Counted from the stretch's first letter, positions 38,431 to 48,645 are shown. The stretch is DNA of 64,000 nt from Flavobacteriales bacterium (GCA_025210805.1 JAOAQX010000011.1:673-64672), one strand, 5' to 3'. Notes: a model not told the origin generated them from the sequence alone. Translations and numbers: made by a program.

Positions 38431-38792
38431 CACACGGGAAGGTTATCGCTTTTTGGCTTTGAGCCAAAAAGAGGAAAGTCCGGACTGCACAGAGCACCAT
38501 ACTTCCTAACGGGAAGGCTTCAGGAAACTGGAGACAGCTAGTGTTACAGAAAACAACCGCCAATTCTGTTGGTAAGGGTGAAAAGGTGAGGTAAGAGCTC
38601 ACCAGTGCATTATGCAAATAGTGTAGCTGAACAAACCTTATGGGCAGAAAGATCATGTAAACCGAAGCTTTGTAGCAATACAAAAAAAGTCTGCTCGGCT
38701 GATTCGGAGGGTAGATCGATGGATTCCAAAAGTGATTTTGGAACTAGAGAAATGATAATCTAGATACAGAATCCGGCTTATTACCCGTGTAT
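38431..38792 (+). ncRNA. rnpB: RNase P RNA (bacterial type A)
   Basis: Universally conserved P4 strand GAGGAAAGTCCGGACT at 38481-38496 and the complementary-strand element ACAGAATCCGGCTTA at 38766-38780. A P1 helix forms between ACACGGG (38433-38439) and CCCGTGT (38784-38790) and is followed by a T-run. Length ~360 nt. Confidence 0.85.
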
Positions 38793-38811
38793 TTTTTATA
38801 AACAAAGACAA

Positions 38812-39858
38812 TTGAAAATGAAAAAATATAGAATTCTAACTTTCGTGATTCTTATTTTAACAGCGGTCGTTATCGCTACAGGTTGGCATTTTTATAATCA
38901 AATCTTCAGAGCCACTGTTTCCACCTCAAAAGTAATTTATATCCCTAAAGGTGCCCATGTGGGAAAAGTGATTGAATTACTCGAAGGAGAAGAGATTATC
39001 AACAATCCTGAATTTTTTAAATTTTTAGCGGAAACTAAAAAATTCACAGACAATAGAGTGGTTGGGGGAAGATATGAATTTAAGAAAGGAAGCTCTCTCA
39101 ATGACATCATTAATAAATTAAGAATAGGAGAAAGAACTCCGATAAAACTTAAATTTAACGAAGTCAAAGATATTTATGAAATTGCTTCGGAGATCGCTGC
39201 ACAAATGGAACTAGATTCTACGGAATTTATTGATGCTATTACTGATATAGATTTTCTTCAAAAAAATAATTTGACCCAAGAACAACTTCCCGCTATTTTT
39301 ATACCCAATACTTATGAAGTATATTGGAACCAAAGTGCCAAAACTATTAGAGATCGTTTGCTAAAAGAATATCATCATTTTTGGAATGAAAAAAGATTAG
39401 CAAAAGCTAAAAAACTTAAACTTACCCCAATAGAGATTACCACTCTGGCATCTATTGTAAAGAAAGAAACTTATGTGAAATCGGAGTTTAGAACTGTTGC
39501 AGGATTATACTATAACAGAATCCGAAAAGGAATGCTTTTACAATCTGACCCGACCGTCATTTTTGCAATACAGCAAAAAAATCCTGGTAAAAGAATAAAG
39601 CGAGTGCTTTACAAAGATTTGAAAATAAACTCGCCTTATAATACGTATTTAAACCCAGGGCTTCCTCCTGGGCCTATTGCTATTCCTAATAGCGTGATTA
39701 TAGATGCCGTTTTAAGACTTGAACGCCATAACTATATCTATATGTGTGCAAAACCTACACTTGATGGATCTCATAACTTTGCAATCTCCAGTTCCGAGCA
39801 TTCTAAGAATGCCGCTGCTTACAGAAAAGCATTGGATGAAAGACGTGTTTTGAGATAA
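38812..39858 (+). CDS. mltG: endolytic murein transglycosylase MltG (YceG-like)
   Basis: N-terminal TM anchor and a YceG-like domain (…TVAGLYYNRIRKGMLLQSDPTVIFAI…NTYLNPGLPPGPIAIP). Confidence 0.8.
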   Translation: MKMKKYRILTFVILILTAVVIATGWHFYNQIFRATVSTSKVIYIPKGAHVGKVIELLEGEEIINNPEFFKFLAETKKFTDNRVVGGRYEFKKGSSLNDIINKLRIGERTPIKLKFNEVKDIYEIASEIAAQMELDSTEFIDAITDIDFLQKNNLTQEQLPAIFIPNTYEVYWNQSAKTIRDRLLKEYHHFWNEKRLAKAKKLKLTPIEITTLASIVKKETYVKSEFRTVAGLYYNRIRKGMLLQSDPTVIFAIQQKNPGKRIKRVLYKDLKINSPYNTYLNPGLPPGPIAIPNSVIIDAVLRLERHNYIYMCAKPTLDGSHNFAISSSEHSKNAAAYRKALDERRVLR

Positions 39859-39868
39859 AAGAGGCTTA

Positions 39869-40201
39869 CTATTTACAAATAGTCTTTTGCTCAACGATAA
39901 GGGCAATTCCACCACCGCTGTATTTATCTAAATTGATATGTGCCTTTGTTTGAAATGTCGTATCTCTATGAATACTTTCTCCTCCACTTGGTAAATTAGG
40001 ACCACAAAGTTCCCCTATATGAAAAGTATCAATTTTTGTTTTAAACAAAGGATTTGTTTTAAATTCATACGATGGAATTTTTGACAAACTTGGGATATTG
40101 TGATAATATGTTTTTCGCTGCCTTTCACAGTCTTGACACTTATCGCAAGAAACAAGAGAAAGACTGAGTCCAACAAATGCAATGATATAAGAAAGTTTCA
40201 T
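39869..40201 (-). CDS. hypothetical small lipoprotein
   Basis: Lipobox (SLSLVSCDKC). 110 aa. Confidence 0.45.
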   Translation of the reverse strand: MKLSYIIAFVGLSLSLVSCDKCQDCERQRKTYYHNIPSLSKIPSYEFKTNPLFKTKIDTFHIGELCGPNLPSGGESIHRDTTFQTKAHINLDKYSGGGIALIVEQKTICK

Positions 40202-40313
40202 AAATGGTATTTTAAAAGTCCAATTTATTAAATTCTTGAATTATTTGGCGTATAATTAGTAAAATTTGTTGATAAACTTTACTTTTGTTATCCATTATTC
40301 TTAAAGACAGCCC

Positions 40314-41147
40314 ATGAGCGAAGAGCTGAGAGAGCGAGAGGACAATTTCAAATTCATTCAAGAATTTGGCAAGAAAAACCAGGAAGACCGAATCATATTT
40401 AGTCTAAAGAGAAAACAATTGATTAGAGTAATCATTGGTGCTTTTGCATTGATTTTTATTCTCATCAGCTTATTGTATTTTCTTACCCCTATGAAACAAC
40501 TCATCCCAGGATTTCCTGATAAAAAAATGTATCGTAATTTGTATGAAGTACAGTTTACAATAGACAGTTTAAAAAACATCAATAGAATTAATCAGCAATA
40601 TTTTGAGAATATCAATGCCATTGCTTCAGGAGAAATTAATTCAATAATGCCTCAAGAGCAATCTGATAGCATCAAACTAGGAGATCCTAATGTAAAGAAA
40701 AATGAGCTAAAACTACGCAAAAGAGTAGAACAAGAAGAAGCACATAATACCTTGGATATTGAAACTAAAAACAACCTAAATTACAGTTTCCTGAAACCGA
40801 TAGAAGGAATCGTAACAGAACGTTTCAACCCTAGTACACAACATTTTGGAATAGACATAGTGGCTACAGAGAATGCTCCCATAAAAGCTATTCAAGGAGG
40901 GACGGTCGTTTTTTCTGGCTGGACAAGCGAAGATGGATACGTTATCTTTATTCAACATTCTGAAAATTTACTGAGTATCTACAAACACAATTCTAGCTTA
41001 TTAAAATCTATTGGAGAAAATGTATTACCTGGGGAAGTCATTGCATTAATTGGGAATACAGGAGAACTAAGCCAAGGAATTCATTTACATATAGAGCTTT
41101 GGCAAAATGGTTATCCTATTGACCCCGAAAAGTTGATTAATTATTAA
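40314..41147 (+). CDS. M23 family metallopeptidase
   Basis: HFGIDIVA…GNTGELSQGIHLHIELW, i.e. the HxxxD and HxH motifs of LytM/M23. Confidence 0.8.
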   Translation: MSEELREREDNFKFIQEFGKKNQEDRIIFSLKRKQLIRVIIGAFALIFILISLLYFLTPMKQLIPGFPDKKMYRNLYEVQFTIDSLKNINRINQQYFENINAIASGEINSIMPQEQSDSIKLGDPNVKKNELKLRKRVEQEEAHNTLDIETKNNLNYSFLKPIEGIVTERFNPSTQHFGIDIVATENAPIKAIQGGTVVFSGWTSEDGYVIFIQHSENLLSIYKHNSSLLKSIGENVLPGEVIALIGNTGELSQGIHLHIELWQNGYPIDPEKLINY

Positions 41148-41460
41148 TATTGAGTTAAAATTATATACCACTGACATAAAATCCTTTTTTAATATTTTTT
41201 CTAGCATTTTTGATATTTATTCGCATAAACTGATAGGTAAATAAATGCTAAAAATGAATCAAAATAACTCCATATACAAAACTCATAATCATCAAAATAA
41301 ATTATCTAATTTTAAAAATATTCTTGATAAAGTACGATAAATAAAAGGTGCTAATAATCACATTAAGACCTAGTTTATCTGAAGCAAAACACAAATCACA
41401 CTACAAAATTTAATATTTTTTTATTACGTTTGCACGCACAAACAAAAAAACTCGCACAAA

Positions 41461-42825
41461 ATGACCCACTACTCAAAAGTGATAATGGCTATTGCCTTAT
41501 CATTATTTTCCTATAAGCTTACAGCTCAGTATGGAATAGGAACTCTCACTCCAGATGCTTCAGCTATAGTTGATGTAAGCAGTACTACCAAAGGTTTTTT
41601 ACCTCCTAGACTTTACAAAGGCGTTATAAACAATATCCAATCCCCTGCAGAAGGACTTACAGCATATTGTATCAATTGTTGTACAGGTGGAACTCTCACC
41701 TTTTATAATGGAGATAAATGGGTTTATTTGAGAGAAGATTGTATGTCTGATGTAGATGGGGATCATATTAGTGATCAAACAGATATTGATGCTGATAACG
41801 ACGGCATTATTGACACTAATGAAACTGCCAATATTGCTTTCTTTGAGGATCCATTTGGATCTGCCTCATCCCTATCTGGAGGATGTGCTCGAGCACCACT
41901 TAGTGCTCCAAATTATTCGGGAATTAGTTATGCAGGAACTGGTAACGTTACTGACGGACATTATGCCCTTATAAACAAGACTTCCTGCGGAGCTCCATTC
42001 TGGCCATCATCACCTATTCAAAGTGATAATTCATCTTCAGGAAATAATGGTTATTTTATACTCGTAAATGCACCAAACAACGGAAATGAAGTTGTTTATG
42101 GAAGGGAAATAACCAATATCCCACATAATTCTACTTTGAATGTTAGCCTATTCATTGCCAATATTGCACCTAATCTAGTAGATAAACCAGACCTGAAGTT
42201 TCGATTCGTTAAGACAAATGGAGTTGTCCTAGATAGTGTAAACACTGGTGATATCACCAACGGGAATTGGCAAAAATACACTTTGAAGCTTGATACAAAG
42301 ACAGATGACACACTTAATTTCGAAATCGTAAACAACTGTGCTTGTGGGCAGGCTGGTAATGACTTTGCCATTGATGATTTAGAGATTCGTATCAAATATG
42401 GAGATTTAGATGGAGATAATATTCCAGACAACCGAGATCAAGACTCGGATGGAGATGGTATTCCAGACATAATAGAAGCTCAAGGACATCCTTTTAATTT
42501 ACCAACAGGCAATGACTCAGATGGAGATGGACTGGATGATGCTTACGAAACTGCGGGAATTATTAATCCACCAAATACTGATGCAGCTAGTGAAAATAGC
42601 TCAGGAACTTACCCAAATTATTTAGATACAGACTCTGACAATGATGGAATTTCTGATACTCAAGAAGCTGGTCTTACCTTGACAGGCAATGACTCAGATG
42701 GAGATGGACTAGATGATGCGGTAGATAATACAGTGGGGCCAGATAATCCCTATGGAATATTCCAAAATTACACTTTTCCAGACTCAGACAGCGATGGAAC
42801 ACCAGATTATATAGACAACAACTAA
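41461..42825 (+). CDS. secreted protein with thrombospondin type 3 (Ca-binding DxDxDGxxDxxD) repeats
   Basis: Signal peptide plus repeated DSDGDGIPD / NDSDGDGLDDA / DSDNDGISD motifs in the C-terminal third. Confidence 0.65.
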   Translation: MTHYSKVIMAIALSLFSYKLTAQYGIGTLTPDASAIVDVSSTTKGFLPPRLYKGVINNIQSPAEGLTAYCINCCTGGTLTFYNGDKWVYLREDCMSDVDGDHISDQTDIDADNDGIIDTNETANIAFFEDPFGSASSLSGGCARAPLSAPNYSGISYAGTGNVTDGHYALINKTSCGAPFWPSSPIQSDNSSSGNNGYFILVNAPNNGNEVVYGREITNIPHNSTLNVSLFIANIAPNLVDKPDLKFRFVKTNGVVLDSVNTGDITNGNWQKYTLKLDTKTDDTLNFEIVNNCACGQAGNDFAIDDLEIRIKYGDLDGDNIPDNRDQDSDGDGIPDIIEAQGHPFNLPTGNDSDGDGLDDAYETAGIINPPNTDAASENSSGTYPNYLDTDSDNDGISDTQEAGLTLTGNDSDGDGLDDAVDNTVGPDNPYGIFQNYTFPDSDSDGTPDYIDNN

Positions 42826-42903
42826 ACACAAGGAACTGTACTTTGCATGGTTGTACGAGGCTTTTCAAAGTACGTTTTAACTCTGTTCAGTTGATTCCTA
42901 AAA

Positions 42904-42931
42904 AAGCTACCAAAATCGGTAGCTTTTTTTG
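42904..42931 (+). terminator. rho-independent terminator
   Basis: AAGCTACC-AAAATC-GGTAGCTT followed by TTTTTT, 80 nt after the stop of 41461..42825. Confidence 0.6.
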
Positions 42932-43016
42932 GGACAATTACAAAATGGATCTACCTCATTTAAGTTTGTCTGTTTTTTGATAAGATTGTATCTTCGCACG
43001 AGAAAACTAATACAAT

Positions 43017-44600
43017 ATGAAAAAGAACGGTTGGGTACTTTCTTTTATCCTTATTATTAAACTTATTATTGTTTTATCAATATTCAATAAGCCTTATAAT
43101 TTTCAAGAAGCCGAAAAAGTTACCATTAGTGTAGCAAAAGGGATGTCTGATGTTCGAGATATCAAACCTTGGGTACTTCCAGAAGAATTTCAAATTGATC
43201 ATAAACCAATCAATAAACCCTTCTTTCGTAGTACAGATTGGGATCATTTTAATACGATTGATCAAGTTATAAAAGCTAATGCACTAGATGGCGGTAATGC
43301 CATTGGTTATAATATCATCATCCATTATTGGGTCAATTTGTTTGGGGTACAAGGAAAATCTTTACACTTTTTCCACCTAATTTTTATTCTACTCGGAATT
43401 ATTTATTCTATAAAAATAGCGAAACTATTCACTTCAAACCCTTGGATTATTGGTCTATTGGTTGTTTTACTCACTTTTAATCCTTTCAACCAGTATCACG
43501 AGTTTAATCTCCGTGCCTATAATATTGTGATCACTTTTGTGATTATGCAATTATTCTATTTTTTTAGGATGATTAAGAACAAGGATCATGTGCTTTGGAA
43601 AGATTTTATTGCCTTTTTGATATTAGCGATTTTAATGGTCTTTAGCCATTATTTGAGTTTAGGAATTATCGGTTTACAAATGGCTGTTCTACTCTTTTAT
43701 TTCTTCAAAAATAAAACTTTTGTAATCGCCAATATTGTCTCGGGAATCGTACTTCTATTTTCATTTTCTCTGTGGTTTTCTTATGTAGGGAAAACTTCAG
43801 GAGGCTTGGGCGAAATGTATGTTACCTACAAGCTTATTAACACCTTTATGCCCGATAATGATTTCTTTTTTAAGTACGTTACTTTAAAAGATCTTATCAT
43901 GTCTGTACCTCAAAATCTCTTATACTTTTTTGGGATAGGACTACAAGATTTTGAAGGTTTTAGATATCGTCATTTCTTTATTTTCTTTTTACCCTTTGCA
44001 TATACTTTATTTTTAAGCTATAAAAACAGAAATAAAAACAGTATTTTTCTTTGGATCACTTTGGGCTTTTTGGTTTTAATTCAAATATTTATGTTGGCTT
44101 TAGCAGTCTATCAAAATGCTTGTTCTACTCTAAAACCTATTTATCAAGTTATTTTTTATCCTTTGGGTCCATTAGTTCTTTTCTTTATTGTACTCCATCT
44201 TCAAAAACTCAAAAAACTCAACCAAATAATTTTGTTAGCCATTCCTTTGGGTTCTATGGTTTACTTCACTTATTTAGTGAATACAAAAAAGTTTAAACCC
44301 AGAACTGCTACATTAGAATTAAATGAGTTGATTCAAGAAATAAGCCCTCAATTAAATAGCAAGGATACCATTCTGTATTCAAATTGGGATGATGCTCATT
44401 TTGCAAATTTCTTTATTTCAAACAATCAAGTTGTCCAAAAGGTGGACACAAGATTAAGCGCTCACAATAAATTGTTGATACGTTCCTCTGAAGGGGAAAT
44501 GGAATATAACTATATCCCTGCTCCAAAATCATTTGAAAATATGGTAGATAAAGATTGGATGAATAAAATCAGGAAAGAGAATCCCCATTTAAGAGATTAA
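43017..44600 (+). CDS. polytopic membrane protein (possibly a GT-C-like glycosyltransferase; uncertain)
   Basis: 527 aa with >10 hydrophobic helices and a large first extracytoplasmic loop. No definitive motif. Confidence 0.5.
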   Translation: MKKNGWVLSFILIIKLIIVLSIFNKPYNFQEAEKVTISVAKGMSDVRDIKPWVLPEEFQIDHKPINKPFFRSTDWDHFNTIDQVIKANALDGGNAIGYNIIIHYWVNLFGVQGKSLHFFHLIFILLGIIYSIKIAKLFTSNPWIIGLLVVLLTFNPFNQYHEFNLRAYNIVITFVIMQLFYFFRMIKNKDHVLWKDFIAFLILAILMVFSHYLSLGIIGLQMAVLLFYFFKNKTFVIANIVSGIVLLFSFSLWFSYVGKTSGGLGEMYVTYKLINTFMPDNDFFFKYVTLKDLIMSVPQNLLYFFGIGLQDFEGFRYRHFFIFFLPFAYTLFLSYKNRNKNSIFLWITLGFLVLIQIFMLALAVYQNACSTLKPIYQVIFYPLGPLVLFFIVLHLQKLKKLNQIILLAIPLGSMVYFTYLVNTKKFKPRTATLELNELIQEISPQLNSKDTILYSNWDDAHFANFFISNNQVVQKVDTRLSAHNKLLIRSSEGEMEYNYIPAPKSFENMVDKDWMNKIRKENPHLRD

Positions 44601-44637
44601 TGCCAAATGATATTCGAAAAAAGGATTAGAGATGGTA

Positions 44638-46176
44638 TTATTTACCAAAAATCCACCAAGCGTCTCTTAGCTTATTTATAGATCCGTTGAGCATGCCTTG
44701 TTGATACACAAAAGGAACCACAAAACGCATAGGATAAAGGTCTTTGGGCGACTGAAACGCTGAATTCGCAAAAATATTTTGATCTAATTTAGGGAGTTTC
44801 TTTGCAAAAGATTTTACCAGTTTTTCTAGAGCTTTATTGTTTGTATAGAGTATTTGATAATCACTGATTCTTGCCTGATTATTCAGTTGGATTTCTAGTA
44901 GTACGATTGCCCTATCTTTTGTATCGCCAAACTTCACTCTCCTACCCTTAAAGTAGGTATAGCAAAATTCTTTATATTTTTTTTCTAATTTCTTTCTTAC
45001 TGTTTTCTTGAAAAAAGGAATAAAATTTTGATCTTCTCCTGTATAAAATTCACTTTCGACTGGGTATCTTGTCTTCAAAATTTTTCCATCATAAATATAG
45101 TTAGGATCTCTATAAAGTCCTTCCCAAAGTATGGAATCCTGAGATTGTCCTAAAGTCAAAGTAGTTTTTTTGTTATCAAAGTCATAAAGAGAATTAATGG
45201 TGTGTTTCTTTTGAGAAGTATAGATTTTTTGCTGTTTAAGATCCTCAGGGATCGGATAAACTAAATACCAATCTAGAAGACTATTACTAGGTTTTCTCAT
45301 GGTGGGTAAGAATTGTATTTTTTGGTATTTATTTCTTTTTTTCAAATAGTTTGTTTGCGTATTATTGAGCTGAAAAATTTTCGTTTGCTCCTTTTTTACA
45401 ACTCCTTTTTTATCCAGAAAAACAAGCTTTACCTCTTGAGCATCAATAGATTTTATTTTTAATTGATATTTATAATTCTGAAGCTTAGAATATATTTCAC
45501 CAAACTCATCTATCCACAAATTCATCTTAGAGTCTTTGGCATACAAGAGCTGTATTTTTTCCAATAGATATTTTATACCCGCCCTCTTTAATTCTTTTTC
45601 AGAGAAGTATTCTTGATAATTAGATTCTTGAATATAATTAGCAATGGTTGTTTTTCTCAACTCTCCTTTATGCGTTTTTTTCAATAGTCTAATTTCGTGC
45701 TTTTTATCTTTTATGATCCATCTTTGCCTAAGCTCTGTTCTGTCTTTATAATAATAATAGGGTGCTTCATAAATAGTGATATTTTCAAGACTGTAATGCT
45801 CTCTTGCCACCATAGCCATTTTTGTTTTAAACAAACCCCTTGTACCTTTTATTCCGTTTAGCAAAAACCAATCGGGATTAGAAAATTTGATATTTCTTAG
45901 GGAAGTGGTGGGAATTTTCTTTTTCTTTTTAGGATCATAAATCTCATTTTCTAACAAGCGAACACAAATAGCCCTTTTTTTGCCATCTAAAAACTCCAAA
46001 TGCACTGGCGTACATATTTTTGAGTTATATGTATTTAGAGCAAAATCATAGTGATACACCTCAGTTGAATCCCAAATTACTGGGTAGGAGGCAATATCAA
46101 AATGAATATTCTGAGCCGTGATATTCAGACTCAAAAACAATAGTACGATTAAGTAGTAAATCCTATAAACTAACAC
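44638..46176 (-). CDS. hypothetical secreted protein
   Basis: N-terminal signal peptide (MLVYRIYYLIVLLFLSLNITAQ). Lys-rich, 512 aa. Confidence 0.5.
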   Translation of the reverse strand: MLVYRIYYLIVLLFLSLNITAQNIHFDIASYPVIWDSTEVYHYDFALNTYNSKICTPVHLEFLDGKKRAICVRLLENEIYDPKKKKKIPTTSLRNIKFSNPDWFLLNGIKGTRGLFKTKMAMVAREHYSLENITIYEAPYYYYKDRTELRQRWIIKDKKHEIRLLKKTHKGELRKTTIANYIQESNYQEYFSEKELKRAGIKYLLEKIQLLYAKDSKMNLWIDEFGEIYSKLQNYKYQLKIKSIDAQEVKLVFLDKKGVVKKEQTKIFQLNNTQTNYLKKRNKYQKIQFLPTMRKPSNSLLDWYLVYPIPEDLKQQKIYTSQKKHTINSLYDFDNKKTTLTLGQSQDSILWEGLYRDPNYIYDGKILKTRYPVESEFYTGEDQNFIPFFKKTVRKKLEKKYKEFCYTYFKGRRVKFGDTKDRAIVLLEIQLNNQARISDYQILYTNNKALEKLVKSFAKKLPKLDQNIFANSAFQSPKDLYPMRFVVPFVYQQGMLNGSINKLRDAWWIFGK

Positions 46177-46330
46177 TTCTATAAATTCAAAATAGTGAGT
46201 AATTTAAGAAATATTCAAGAGTTTGAACACTATTTTCTATGAAAACTCCCTTAATAGCGATTTTCTGCTTGAATCGATTCTTTCAACTGGTATTATTTTT
46301 GTTGTAATATCCCAATAAATAACTGATCTT

Positions 46331-47311
46331 ATGAAAAATACATTGATAATAATCTTTTCATTTGGAATTTTAATTTCCTGCAATTCTTTTTACACTCAGT
46401 ACACAGGAGATAAAAGAATGGATACAAAAAAAATGAATTTCCCTACACGGCCTCAGGAAAAAGAAATTCAAGTATTTTATCCTGAACTCAAAAATCTACC
46501 AAAAGAAGACTATTACCTTGTTATGGAAATGAAGACATCCTGCTGTCAAAATAACCAAGCAAAAATAAATCGTTTAAAAAGTATTGCTGCCCAAAATGGT
46601 TTAGATGCCATAATAATCACAGGTACGACAACAATAAATGGCTCTTATGAAAAAAGCCAAACAACTTTGCTAGATGTCCTCTCGAATTCAGATACACCTC
46701 CTCCCACAGTTCATCATTACACCGATGAAGTCCCTCATGCTAAAGGAATTAAATTCAGATCGAATATTGGACAACAAAAGCTGATTAAATCATATACATT
46801 ATTTGAAAAGAAGAAAAACGAGCGTAGCTTCATTGAAACTCTTTATCCAATAAACAATCAAATGCCTTTTTCTAAACAGCCAGTACTCTATGATCTTAAA
46901 ATAAACTCATTGGATTTCCTTGTTGAAGATACCTCCAGAAGGTGGTTCTACCTAAAAGAAAATAGTCAAGAGAAAAGATTCTGTGAAAAGCCTGAAAAAT
47001 TAAAATTTGAAATCTTTCGTGATGATCAAAATCGTGTTGTAGAACTAAAAGGAAGAAAAAAGTTTCATGTAACAGTCCTCTACAAAGCAGATGGAAACAT
47101 TCAACAAAAAGTAATTTTCAGAAATCGCATTCGCTATACAGAAAACTATGAATACCATCATAGTGGTCTCTTAAAAAAAATCAAAATCCATGAAGAGTAT
47201 CTTGATAATGATGAAGAGAAAGAAGCGAATTTTGAATTGGATATTGAATATTACCAAGACAATTCTGATTATACAGAATTCACGAATCTTTTGATTTCTG
47301 TGGAAAATTAA
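46331..47311 (+). CDS. hypothetical lipoprotein
   Basis: Lipobox (GILISCNS). 326 aa. Confidence 0.5.
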   Translation: MKNTLIIIFSFGILISCNSFYTQYTGDKRMDTKKMNFPTRPQEKEIQVFYPELKNLPKEDYYLVMEMKTSCCQNNQAKINRLKSIAAQNGLDAIIITGTTTINGSYEKSQTTLLDVLSNSDTPPPTVHHYTDEVPHAKGIKFRSNIGQQKLIKSYTLFEKKKNERSFIETLYPINNQMPFSKQPVLYDLKINSLDFLVEDTSRRWFYLKENSQEKRFCEKPEKLKFEIFRDDQNRVVELKGRKKFHVTVLYKADGNIQQKVIFRNRIRYTENYEYHHSGLLKKIKIHEEYLDNDEEKEANFELDIEYYQDNSDYTEFTNLLISVEN

Positions 47312-47343
47312 TACCATTTATGGTGTTAATTTACTCATAGGTA

Positions 47344-47690
47344 TAATGCCGATACATTGCTAAAAGCCAGCTATGAACGCAGTGAAATTGGACTTCACCT
47401 TTTTGTCTAATGCCGATATATTGGTAAAAATCAATTACGAACGAAGTGAAGTAAGTGATTATTTAACAAATAATCGGTATAAGTGGGTAATTTTAGCCAG
47501 TAATCGGTATAAGTGATTTGTAGAACAAAAAAATCCCCAAAATAAAATATTAATTTGGGGATATAAAAGTGATCTTGAAGCGTTTATTATACCATTTGTG
47601 GCGTTAATTTACCCTTAGGTATATGCCGATACATTACTAAAAATCAATTATGAATGAAATAAGAGCGTAACTTTAGTAAGTAATCGGTAC
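47344..47690. repeat. three imperfect direct copies of a ~65-bp unit (TGCCGATAyATTrnTAAAArnCArnTAyGAAyG…), plus duplicated AGTAATCGGTATAAGTG
   Basis: Copies start near 47345, 47409 and 47621. The longer blocks at 47318-47343 and 47590-47619 (ACCATTTrTGGyGTTAATTTAC…) are also duplicated. Confidence 0.6.
47524..47562 (-). terminator. rho-independent terminator (minus strand) downstream of the SPFH gene
   Basis: ATCCCCAAA…TTTGGGGAT, a 9-bp stem, followed on the minus strand by T7. Confidence 0.45.
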
Positions 47691-48604
47691 TACTCTTCTA
47701 ATTTATTTTTGTTTGCTTCACTAATAGTCTGTGCTGCACTAAAAGATGTTACCATATTCGTTAACATATCTGAAGCTGCTGTTGGAGAATTTGGAAGTAA
47801 AATCAAATTAGAATTTGTACTTTCTCCTACTGCTTGTAGCGTATCATAGTGTTGGGTAATTACAATAAGTGCTGAGGCTTCTTGGGAATTAATCCCTACT
47901 CCATTTAGCACCTCTACAGACTCTTCAAGACCTCTTGCTATTTCACGTCTTTGGTCTGCAATACCCTGTCCTTGTAATTTTTTACTTTCGGCTTCTGCCT
48001 TAGCTTTTGCTACTATTCTAATTCTTTCTGCTTCTGCTTCATACTCTGCTGCCAATTTTTCTCTTTCGGCTGCATTAATACGGTTCATGGCTTCTTTTAC
48101 AGACAAATCTGGCTCGATATCCGTCACCAGTGTTTTGATGATATCATAACCGTATTCTCTCATAGCTTCTTTAAGCTCATTTTTTACGGCAATGGCTATA
48201 TCATCTTTTCTTTCGAAAACATCGTCAATTTTCATTTTAGGAACTTCGGCTCTAACGGTATCAAATACATAAGAAGTGATCTGAGAACCTGGGTTTTCTA
48301 GCTTATAAAATGCTTCAAAAACTTTATCTGCCAATACTTGGAACTGTACAGATACTTGGAGAATAACGAATACATCATCTTTGGTCTTCGTTTCAATCCT
48401 TACATCCAACTGTTGAATTCTCATACTGAGTGTTCCTGCTTTTCTATCGATCAATGGAATTTTCATTTGAAGTCCTGAACGGCGAACAGATACAAATTTT
48501 CCGAAACGTTCTATAATTACGGCTGTTTGTTGTTTTACCACAAAAAATGCAGCAAAAAACAAAATCAAAACTATAGGGAGTAAAATAAATAATCCTGGGG
48601 TCAT
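47690..48604 (-). CDS. SPFH/band-7 (stomatin/slipin-like) family protein
   Basis: N-terminal TM followed by an SPFH core (QQTAVIIERFGKFVSVRRSGLQMKIPLIDR…). Confidence 0.8.
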   Translation of the reverse strand: MTPGLFILLPIVLILFFAAFFVVKQQTAVIIERFGKFVSVRRSGLQMKIPLIDRKAGTLSMRIQQLDVRIETKTKDDVFVILQVSVQFQVLADKVFEAFYKLENPGSQITSYVFDTVRAEVPKMKIDDVFERKDDIAIAVKNELKEAMREYGYDIIKTLVTDIEPDLSVKEAMNRINAAEREKLAAEYEAEAERIRIVAKAKAEAESKKLQGQGIADQRREIARGLEESVEVLNGVGINSQEASALIVITQHYDTLQAVGESTNSNLILLPNSPTAASDMLTNMVTSFSAAQTISEANKNKLEE

Positions 48605-48645
48605 ATTTCTATATTTTTTGGTTAATAATATTTGTAACGAATATA

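Noticed and set aside
38405-38683. 92-aa minus-strand ORF
   Set aside because: It lies entirely within the RNase P RNA gene and is an ORF-finder artefact.
47318-47690. Possible CRISPR array
   Set aside because: Only 2-3 imperfect copies with unequal spacing and differing unit lengths. There is no regular repeat-spacer periodicity and no cas genes in the window.
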